Origin: a virus | Lineage: Duplodnaviria > Caudoviricetes | IMG/VR virus record: IMGVR_UViG_3300048599_000534 | Coordinates: 1-30,336 of that record | DNA: 30,336 bases | Strand: one strand, 5' to 3' | Shown: positions 1 to 6,895 of the stretch, one piece after another | How the letters are laid out: every line of letters begins with the position of its first letter | Position numbering within the stretch: the first letter of the stretch is position 1 | Made by a program: the position numbers and the translations under genes | The notes under the pieces: model-generated | The model's input: the letters and a program-made list of their open reading frames with translations, nothing else | Database searches by the model: none | Told to the model about the DNA's origin: nothing

Positions 1-726
1 ATCGTTCCGATCCGGCAGATATTCAGTGAAGTCGAGAATTGTCAGCAGATGACCAAGTTGTACCCTATCCTAGAGCATTACAACGTCCAGGAAGATGAAA
101 CGGCGGCGAAATACCGGGAAGAAAGAGATTATCAAAACTACCTTGAAACAATGTATGAGATCCTCTTCCGGAATATTCCGAATATTCAGATCAGTTTTGA
201 TGATGCGGAACCTTATTTATTCGCTGAAGGTGAGGGAACTACCAGCCTCATGTGGGATGATGTCGACGCGATCAACAGGGGCGAATGTGATAAAGACAAT
301 TCTTTGCTGGCATTTATTATATGGGCCAATGAGGATAACACTGACCGTGAGGTTTTTTACACCATGCAAGAGGCTTACAACTGGCCATTCGATGAATACT
401 GCCAGATTGAGAAATTCCCGAGCAAGCGAACGATTAAGAACCGGTTGGTAAAGATGGGCCATGAAGAACTGATGCCGGCAATCCTCTATGGATTCTATCC
501 ACCTCATAACTTCTTCTTTGAAATTAACCCAGAGATGGATGACAGCAGTCTTTTGGTTACCCAGGAAAATGTTGAATATATCTTCAAGCAATACGGGAAA
601 ATCAAACAGCTTCTCAACGACTATTGCGATATTCGGGACCGGGTGAACGATGATCCTTATCTGCTGATGTACCTGGCAGAAGCGATCGGGATGAAAACAG
701 AATCGGGAAGGAGAGTAAGGGCATGA
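1..726 (+). CDS. Acidic accessory protein of the E2/JAB/ThiF (PRTRC-like) cassette; 5'-truncated by the window edge
   Basis: Frame is open from base 1 (IVPIRQIFSEVENCQQ-MTKL...), so the ATG at 49 is probably internal. Its stop overlaps the E2-like gene start (ATGA). Function is inferred from position only. Confidence 0.55.
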   Translation: MVPIRQIFSEVENCQQMTKLYPILEHYNVQEDETAAKYREERDYQNYLETMYEILFRNIPNIQISFDDAEPYLFAEGEGTTSLMWDDVDAINRGECDKDNSLLAFIIWANEDNTDREVFYTMQEAYNWPFDEYCQIEKFPSKRTIKNRLVKMGHEELMPAILYGFYPPHNFFFEINPEMDDSSLLVTQENVEYIFKQYGKIKQLLNDYCDIRDRVNDDPYLLMYLAEAIGMKTESGRRVRA

Positions 727-1385
727 GCGATCTATTTGACAACAGCCATGTTTCCGGAGCGGTATATTTCACTGACCAGGGACATTTCCTTGTAAAGCTC
801 AAGAAGGACGGCGGATGCATGGTCAAGAACGTCCGGGAAGCCGATGTCACGGCCGCTTTCACACACTCCTCGAAGGATTCCGGCTGGCTTCCAAAAGGCA
901 TAGTGCGCGTAGGCAATACGGCGCGCGGGCCCTGGTTCGTCTATGTAGAGAAACCTGAGAAAAGAAAGATCAAGCTGGAGAAGATCGGCGAGATCACGAT
1001 CCCGGTACCGATGATCATTTTCATTGGCGCCAACGGCAGATACCGGATCTTCGCAGCGGCAGAATCAACTTTTTCACCAGATGGACTTCTTTATCTGGCA
1101 CCGTTCCCGAATGTTGATTCCAATGGGAGTATCTGCTGGGGAAATAATGAGCAGCCCAAATCAAACCCGATCAAAGCACCGGCTGCTATGGATCTTTTCT
1201 TCCGGGCACCTTTTAGCAGTCACTGGGGGAATGGGAAGAGTAAAACCCACTCAGCGGATATACGCGAGCTGCTGCAGACTCTGGATGGAAAGGACCAATA
1301 TCCGGTCAAAGACCTGGTCAGCTGCAATCTGACAACGAGCCGGCTGGTCGATTCGATCATCCGCGGGAGGGAACAATGGAATTAG
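723..1385 (+). CDS. Prokaryotic E2 family D protein (PRTRC system protein B-like)
   Basis: Motifs PMIIFIG...YRIFAA and LYLAPFPNVDSNGSICWG (Cys in the APFxNV-x3-G-x-I/VC-x-G signature), FFRAPFS; adjacent to JAB and ThiF genes. Confidence 0.85.
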   Translation: MSDLFDNSHVSGAVYFTDQGHFLVKLKKDGGCMVKNVREADVTAAFTHSSKDSGWLPKGIVRVGNTARGPWFVYVEKPEKRKIKLEKIGEITIPVPMIIFIGANGRYRIFAAAESTFSPDGLLYLAPFPNVDSNGSICWGNNEQPKSNPIKAPAAMDLFFRAPFSSHWGNGKSKTHSADIRELLQTLDGKDQYPVKDLVSCNLTTSRLVDSIIRGREQWN

Positions 1386-1969
1386 TCGATTATGTGCGGC
1401 AGACGGGCAACGCTTCTCCGGTCCTTCCGGATGGAAAACTTTACCGATATATTCTGGCAGAGAATGGTGTCTTTGTCTATGGAAAGAATCAGTATTTCGA
1501 GGCATTGATCCCTGTGTTGCCATCACATGTCGAGAGCCAGCACGTGCGCGGGCTGGAACCTTTGCAGAGTTTCTTCAGGATCAGGAAGAGACTGCCATTC
1601 TTTTATCTTTCATTGATCGTAAATGACGCTCGAGATCATCTACCTTTTGAAGCGCTGTACTACATCCGGGACCTGCCGTCAGTTGGGATGACCGTCTGCT
1701 TCCCAACCTCAGCAGTCACCCGCAGCAGCTGTCGGCCGATCGGGGACTGGGGTTATGTCCCGGTAGAGATCCACAGCCATAATATGATGGACGCTTTTTT
1801 CTCAGCGCAGGACAATTCAGATGAAACCGGGCTTAGAGTATACGGCGTACTTGGCCATGTTGACCGCCCGATTGTGGACCTGCACATGCGTGTCTCGATC
1901 TATGGCCACAGAATGGCCATTCCCTATGACCTGGTATTCGAGGATTTCAAGGAGGTAAAGAATGCCTGA
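1376..1969 (+). CDS. JAB/MPN+ (JAMM) metallopeptidase (PRTRC system protein A-like)
   Basis: N-terminal YRYILAENGVF; catalytic E in PFEAL; JAMM motif EIHSHNMMDAFFSAQDNSDE (HxH-x7-S-x2-D); VYGVLG. Confidence 0.9.
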   Translation: MELVDYVRQTGNASPVLPDGKLYRYILAENGVFVYGKNQYFEALIPVLPSHVESQHVRGLEPLQSFFRIRKRLPFFYLSLIVNDARDHLPFEALYYIRDLPSVGMTVCFPTSAVTRSSCRPIGDWGYVPVEIHSHNMMDAFFSAQDNSDETGLRVYGVLGHVDRPIVDLHMRVSIYGHRMAIPYDLVFEDFKEVKNA

Positions 1970-2552
1970 GAAACAAAACATCTCACGCGGAGCCGCGGAG
2001 AACGCAGAGGAAAACCTAATTGAAATAAGAGCCATTACTGTCCTTCAACCTTGGGCTTCTCTTATAGTGTTTGGTGAAAAATGTTACGAGACACGATCCT
2101 GGAAAACAAATTATCGCGGAAGAATTGCAATTCATTCCGGGAAAAATGATAAATTCATGCAATTTCCTAATTATTGCAAAGAACCATTTTTGCAATATTT
2201 CTTTCCTAAACCAGATATTCCTAATTACGAATTCGAATCTCTGCCTGAAGAAGAGCAAAAAAAACTTTGTGATGAAGCTTATAACAAATCTTTCAAAAAA
2301 AAGATGACTGAATTTTATAAAAATAAAGACATTTATTTTGGGTACCTCATAGGAATTGCGACTTTAGTCGATTGTTTTCCGACAGAAGAAATAATTAACA
2401 ATCTGGCAACTAAAGAGTTAGAACTTGGTAACTTTTCTAAGGGAAGATGGGCTTGGAAATTGGAAGATATTCACCCAATTGAACCTTGGGGAGTTAATGG
2501 CAAACAAGGTCTTTGGAAGATCACTATACCAAAGGAGGTGATCAATGGTTAA
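1962..2552 (+). CDS. ASCH domain protein (ASC-1-like subfamily)
   Basis: RAITVLQPWASLIVFGEKCYETRSW-TNYRG-IAIH (GxKxxExR motif), GYLIGIATLVDC, RWAWKL...GKQGLW. Visibly AT-richer than its neighbours. Confidence 0.9.
   Translation: MPEKQNISRGAAENAEENLIEIRAITVLQPWASLIVFGEKCYETRSWKTNYRGRIAIHSGKNDKFMQFPNYCKEPFLQYFFPKPDIPNYEFESLPEEEQKKLCDEAYNKSFKKKMTEFYKNKDIYFGYLIGIATLVDCFPTEEIINNLATKELELGNFSKGRWAWKLEDIHPIEPWGVNGKQGLWKITIPKEVING
1981..2009 (+). repeat. Short CGC(G/A)GAG-unit tandem repeat (TCTCACGCGGAGCCGCGGAGAACGCAGAG)
   Basis: GC-rich patch at the 5' end of the AT-rich ASCH gene; related copies start at 21550 and 21637. Confidence 0.7.
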
Positions 2553-3369
2553 CAAGAAGGTTCCATATATCGATCTGGATTACGCCAACGCGGCAACGCT
2601 GCTTCTTCCAGATAGGCAGAATATTGGATTGTCTCTCGTTGGCTGCGGCGGGACCGGATCCTGGTTGGCGCCGGCTATAGTTCGCATAGCCAAGTTATCA
2701 AACGATAGATCAGGAAAAAAAGTGGCTGTGAGATTCTTTGATCCAGACTTGGTAGAGGAGAAGAATTGTTACAGGCAGAATTTCTGCCCGGCTGAAATCG
2801 GTAGAAACAAAGCAGAAACCCTGGCTGAGCGGTACGGGCTGGCCTGGGGAGTGGAAGTCCAGGCGTTCGCGAAGAAATTTGAGTTCAACAGTTCATTGAG
2901 AAACGAAATTGAGATCATCATTGGCTGTGTGGATAACTGGGAGGCAAGAGCAAGAATCAATTCTTATTTTATGAGGTCATTTGACCTCTGGGACCTCTGG
3001 TGGCTGGACTGCGGAAACAGCCGGAATTCCGGGCAGGTAGTATTTGGCTCTTTATTCGAAAAAAATAGAGGATCAAAATTACCCGGAATAGTGAACTGGC
3101 TGCCGGCTCCGGCAGCGCTTCATCCGGAACTCATTGAACCGCCTCAGATCGGGGAGGAAGAATCGACAGTTGATACCACTCTTTCCTGTGCTGAAATTGC
3201 TCTTTTAGACAGCCAGGGGCTGGCGATCAATCAGCGGATCGCGGCCGAGGCGGCTGACTACCTGGTTCGGGCGTTGATCACCCGGGACCTGCGGAAGTAT
3301 GCGACTTACATCGATCTCGAGAGCGGCAGCTGCAGATCACTGTATATCCAGGAGGAGAAAAGCAAATGA
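2545..3369 (+). CDS. ThiF/E1-like adenylyltransferase (PRTRC system ThiF family)
   Basis: LVGCGGTGS nucleotide-binding loop; DPDLVEEKNCYRQNF...GRNKA; IIGCVDN; WWLDCGN; C-terminal LSCAE with candidate catalytic Cys. Confidence 0.92.
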   Translation: MVNKKVPYIDLDYANAATLLLPDRQNIGLSLVGCGGTGSWLAPAIVRIAKLSNDRSGKKVAVRFFDPDLVEEKNCYRQNFCPAEIGRNKAETLAERYGLAWGVEVQAFAKKFEFNSSLRNEIEIIIGCVDNWEARARINSYFMRSFDLWDLWWLDCGNSRNSGQVVFGSLFEKNRGSKLPGIVNWLPAPAALHPELIEPPQIGEEESTVDTTLSCAEIALLDSQGLAINQRIAAEAADYLVRALITRDLRKYATYIDLESGSCRSLYIQEEKSK

Positions 3370-3656
3370 GTAATTTTATGGGATTCCGAGAGCCTGAAAA
3401 TAAAATCTGCTATTGGTTGAACACAGATCAAATATCTTCCATTGTTCCAGTTGTTAATGATGGAAAACACGATTATTCAGCCATTACGATGAATAACGGT
3501 AAGGTCTTCATTGCAGATTCATCTCCTGATTTCATTATTGCTTCTGGATTGGATGATCAGTCAACAATGTCTATTCTCTATAGAACTCTTCAGGAACTGA
3601 TACGGTCATTACAAATAAATATAAAAAGTTCACTCGAAGAGAATAAAGAATCATGA
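3366..3656 (+). CDS. Small hypothetical protein, FlbD/SwrD-like beta-rich pattern
   Basis: ATGA-coupled to ThiF; YWLNTDQISSI...SAITMNNGKVF pattern; similar to 3748..3981. Confidence 0.5.
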   Translation: MSNFMGFREPENKICYWLNTDQISSIVPVVNDGKHDYSAITMNNGKVFIADSSPDFIIASGLDDQSTMSILYRTLQELIRSLQINIKSSLEENKES

Positions 3657-3745
3657 CTCTTCAAGACTATATTTTCATCGTTTTTGTAGGTTTGTTTCTG
3701 GTGATCGTCATCTGGGCTCTGCGCGGAGACAAAGGAAAAAGGTAA
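3653..3745 (+). CDS. 30-aa single-pass membrane microprotein (not in the ORF track)
   Basis: ATG overlaps the upstream stop (ATGA); MTLQDYIFIVFVGLFLVIVIWALRGDKGKR; stop lies 2 nt before the next ATG. Confidence 0.65.
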   Translation: MTLQDYIFIVFVGLFLVIVIWALRGDKGKR

Positions 3746-3747
3746 AT

Positions 3748-3981
3748 ATGATCTTACTGATTCCAATTGATGGTCCTCTTGGAGATATCCATTATGTAAA
3801 TGTTGATGATATTAGTGCAATTTCTCCCGCAACTGATACTCCGATGCGTTCTCATAATGGAAAGCCATTTTCCAATATTCTCCTGAAAAATGGATTGATG
3901 GTCAAAGCGGCCTTACCGGTTCAAGAGCTTGTAAAAGATATCGAGGTGAAATCCAATGCAGTCAATCGACCCAGCAATTAA
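3748..3981 (+). CDS. Small hypothetical protein, FlbD/SwrD-like; paralog of 3366..3656
   Basis: HYVNVDDISAI...SNILLKNGLMV pattern; purine-rich RBS upstream. Confidence 0.5.
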   Translation: MILLIPIDGPLGDIHYVNVDDISAISPATDTPMRSHNGKPFSNILLKNGLMVKAALPVQELVKDIEVKSNAVNRPSN

Positions 3982-4876
3982 ATACGTCCGCATGTTGAAG
4001 GGGGCTCCAATCTCAATTTTTGTGCTGATGAAATTGATACAGCAGCCTGTAAATGCTGAATTTCTTCAAAGAACAACTGGATACAGCGATAAACCTGTCC
4101 AGGAAGCACTTCTTCTTCTCGAGGATTATGGAATGATCAGCAGAAATGGCCGTTACGGCTGGCAGATCGCTGAAGGAGCAAAATTGATCCCGCTTTCTGT
4201 GATGCTTGATGATCCAGAAGAACAGCCTGTACTTGAGGATGATCAGATGATGCTTGATGGAATTATTGACGGGAGTCGGAATAATTCCGAGTCGGAAAAA
4301 TTCCGGGTCCCTAGTAGTAGATCTATTAATCTAGATATTGAAACTCTAGAAATTAAAGATCCACCACTAGAGGACCCGGAAAAACTCCGGGTCCAGGAGA
4401 ACCTGGCAGAATGCGCCCGTGCCGGCATCGCAGAACCGAAGCGATCCGAGTTGGCCAGGCTTCCGCATGTTGATGCACGGATGATCCGGTATCACGCTGC
4501 CACTGCCGGCAACATCAGGCTGGCGATCTATCGCATTTCAAAAGGCTGGCGGGTGCCTGCAGATTGGGAGGATCCAGTGTCGCAGCCGGTGAATGATGTT
4601 CGCGCGCAAACAATTGATTTTGAACCTGAACCGAACTTACCGGCAGAGGTATTGGAGGCATGGCAGCAGGTGCTGGAGGCGGTCAAATCAGGAATGCGAC
4701 AGGCTGATTTTGAGACGTGGATCGTTCCGCTGCGGTTGGTCGGTTTTGCGGATGGGACGATCACAGTCCGAGCTTGTAACCCGATCGCCGGTCAGTGGGT
4801 AGTCGATCATGCGCTGGCCGCGATGGTCCGGGCGGCGGGAAGTCCAGTGGTGGTTGAGTGGGAGGGGAAGAGATGA
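3956..4876 (+). CDS. Phage replication initiator: N-terminal winged HTH plus C-terminal DnaA N-terminal-like domain
   Basis: N-terminal AEFLQRTTGYSDKPVQEALLLLEDYGMI (wHTH-like); C-terminal WQQVLEAVKS...ADFETWIVPLRL...TITVRACNP...WV resembles DnaA domain I; internal iteron-like repeats. Confidence 0.75.
   Translation: MQSIDPAIKYVRMLKGAPISIFVLMKLIQQPVNAEFLQRTTGYSDKPVQEALLLLEDYGMISRNGRYGWQIAEGAKLIPLSVMLDDPEEQPVLEDDQMMLDGIIDGSRNNSESEKFRVPSSRSINLDIETLEIKDPPLEDPEKLRVQENLAECARAGIAEPKRSELARLPHVDARMIRYHAATAGNIRLAIYRISKGWRVPADWEDPVSQPVNDVRAQTIDFEPEPNLPAEVLEAWQQVLEAVKSGMRQADFETWIVPLRLVGFADGTITVRACNPIAGQWVVDHALAAMVRAAGSPVVVEWEGKR
4273..4394. promoter_or_regulatory. Putative phage replication origin (iterons plus AT-rich tract)
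   Basis: GAGTCGGAATAATTCC and GAGTCGGAAAAATTCC in tandem, AT-rich 4311-4360, then the inverted repeat GGACCCGGA-AAAAC-TCCGGGTCC, all in the linker of the initiator gene. Confidence 0.6.
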
Positions 4877-5217
4877 GCGAAGAAATTAAGTTAAATTTGA
4901 ATTCTCTTTTATTAATAATTGGGAAAACGTCACATGAGCATTGCGTGAATGCTGGGTTCCCGATTGAAAATGATGATTGCAAAGACATTCTCTTAGTTCA
5001 TTCTGAGCTAAGCGAGGCTGTTGAATATTTGAGAATGGATAACCCAAAAAGTAATCATATTCCCGATTTTTCTGGTGTAGAAGAAGAGCTTGCTGATGCG
5101 GTTATTAGAATTTGTAATTACGCTTATTGCCGAGGTTTCAATCTCGGGGATGCAATTATTGCAAAATTACAGTTCAATGAAACCCGAGAACCGAAACACG
5201 GCGGGAAAAAGTTCTAA
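4873..5217 (+). CDS. MazG-like nucleotide pyrophosphohydrolase
   Basis: LLVHSELSEAVE...GVEEELADAVIRI (ExxE...EExxD), C-terminal K-x2-FN-x2-R-x2-KHGGKKF. Start placed at the ATGA overlap. Confidence 0.85.
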   Translation: MSEEIKLNLNSLLLIIGKTSHEHCVNAGFPIENDDCKDILLVHSELSEAVEYLRMDNPKSNHIPDFSGVEEELADAVIRICNYAYCRGFNLGDAIIAKLQFNETREPKHGGKKF

Positions 5218-6045
5218 ATGATTATTCCTGAATTGTATGAAACATTCATTTCAAAAATGAGAGAAATGGAAATTACATCTCTTTCAGATAGTGAAATTGA
5301 TCGCGTGTTTCATAATTGTGTTTCTCCAATTATATGTATCAAAAAAACAAAAGAATTGATAAATAACGGTCTGTCGATGGCTGACATTTATCCAAAACTG
5401 AATCAATCCACAACATTCAAAGGAGGAAAAATGAGTGAAGAATTAAAGATACTAGATAAATATTTTCATGAAATGGCATTAGCACAAAGAACTGAGCGTG
5501 TATTTCAGGTAGAAGATTGCATTCGTAATCTTGTAAGTTGTTTAATCGTCCGTGCCGAGAAAGCCGAATCGGAAGCTAAAGAAACTAAAGAAAAATTTGA
5601 GGGATCGTCATTCTGGAAGGATTGGGTATTTCCAGAAGGTGCGAAACCAGAAGAAATACAAAATGAACTTATTGATTATCACACATATTTGGAAGAAACT
5701 GCCAAAGTTTATTGCCATATAACTAACGGGGCAATTTCTAAACAAAATACAAAGGCGGAGGAAATTATCTCCATTTATGATGATGAGGTAAGTTCATTAG
5801 TGGATCGTGCTGAAAAAGCAGAAGATCGTGTGCGTGAACTGGAAGAGGCACAGCGGTGGATACCGGTAAGTGAGAAGTTGCCAGAAGTTATGACAGATGT
5901 GTTGGTCCTTATTCCACCTCGACGAAGTATTGTTTGTTATTTAGATTTGGATGAAAATTATCAGTCCATTGAAAGACTTATGACAATTGTTGGACCAGTA
6001 ACCCACTGGCATCCACTTCTCCCGACACCAGAGGAGGTAGAATGA
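5218..6045 (+). CDS. Mosaic phage accessory protein with C-terminal DUF551-like domain
   Basis: RWIPVSEKLPE...DVLV...VTHWHPL; RAEKAE repeated; internal AGGAGG RBS and in-frame ATG at 5431. Confidence 0.7.
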   Translation: MIIPELYETFISKMREMEITSLSDSEIDRVFHNCVSPIICIKKTKELINNGLSMADIYPKLNQSTTFKGGKMSEELKILDKYFHEMALAQRTERVFQVEDCIRNLVSCLIVRAEKAESEAKETKEKFEGSSFWKDWVFPEGAKPEEIQNELIDYHTYLEETAKVYCHITNGAISKQNTKAEEIISIYDDEVSSLVDRAEKAEDRVRELEEAQRWIPVSEKLPEVMTDVLVLIPPRRSIVCYLDLDENYQSIERLMTIVGPVTHWHPLLPTPEEVE

Positions 6046-6272
6046 GCGAATCAGACAAACCAAAAGATACGCTTGATTGCCCGATCTGTCATCATAAAAT
6101 TGGCGATGTAATTGAAATTGAAGCTCTCCCTGTTTTGGTAATTGATGGGAACCCATGCCGGCACTGGGATGGCTGGTGCGGTAAATGTGGATTCAAGATG
6201 AGCTGGTCGTTCAGCGACAAACTGATGGAAAAGATCGTGCGCAATCATCAGCGGGAGGTAGAACGTGGATGA
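6042..6272 (+). CDS. Small zinc-ribbon protein (Com-like), candidate late regulator
   Basis: CPIC...CGKC pairs in 76 aa; located near the end of the early operon. Confidence 0.6.
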   Translation: MSESDKPKDTLDCPICHHKIGDVIEIEALPVLVIDGNPCRHWDGWCGKCGFKMSWSFSDKLMEKIVRNHQREVERG

Positions 6273-6720
6273 ATCAGTAAGGTTTATGTTCACCATGATC
6301 CTGATCGGGATTGTCTGCTGTGGAATTGGAATCGCAAATTACTATCAGAGCGATCTTTATATCCCGCATCGGATCAACAAGGTGTATTTCAAAGGGCATG
6401 AGTTTGAGGTTGAATATTCAAGAATTGTCAAAGGTCAATATATAGTCCCATTTGGTTTAAACAAAGTTGGGATCATTGATGGTCATCCATCGATTGCGAT
6501 CATCGCTCATGACTATCTGGCGGGGCAATATATTGCTCAATTGAAGGTCGGCGAAAATGTGATGCTGGATTATGGAGCGAGAGAAGAATATTATTATGTG
6601 AAAAATATCAAGATAATAAAATCAAGAATCGATTCAAACTTTGTCTATAATATTCCAGGAGCGCTGATCCTGCAAACCTGCGTCAAGAATGGTGTGCTGA
6701 TCATCGAAGCAGAAAGGTAA
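6265..6720 (+). CDS. Membrane-anchored sortase-like protein
   Basis: N-terminal hydrophobic helix; IIAHDYLAG (His), QLKVGENVML...YYYV and LILQTC (TLxTC-like Cys) in sortase order. Confidence 0.65.
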   Translation: MDESVRFMFTMILIGIVCCGIGIANYYQSDLYIPHRINKVYFKGHEFEVEYSRIVKGQYIVPFGLNKVGIIDGHPSIAIIAHDYLAGQYIAQLKVGENVMLDYGAREEYYYVKNIKIIKSRIDSNFVYNIPGALILQTCVKNGVLIIEAER

Positions 6721-6748
6721 ATTGATTGAAAAATTGTGCGAAAAAGTG

Positions 6749-6776
6749 TTGAAAATTGCTGATTATTTGTTACAAT
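6749..6776 (+). promoter_or_regulatory. Sigma70-type late promoter
   Basis: TTGAAA-N16-TACAAT with extended -10 (TGt), in the AT-rich gap before the late operon. Confidence 0.6.
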
Positions 6777-6812
6777 GAATTTGTAAATTAAATACGACTT
6801 AGTCGGAGTCTG

Positions 6813-6863
6813 TCGCCCGACACAAGTGCTTTGAAGAGCATTTGTGTCGGGCGATTTGCGTTT
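6813..6863 (+). terminator. 18-bp leader hairpin with T-rich tail (attenuator/terminator of the late operon)
   Basis: TCGCCCGACACAAGTGCT-ttgaag-AGCATTTGTGTCGGGCGA (one G-U pair) followed by TTTGCGTTT. Confidence 0.7.
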
Positions 6864-6895
6864 AATCGCTAAAGTTCAATTTTGGAGGATAGGTT

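Noticed and set aside
723-3369. CBASS or Bil anti-phage defence island
   Set aside because: No CD-NTase or effector; E2 is a separate family-D-type protein and the motifs are PRTRC-like; the genes are embedded in the phage early operon.
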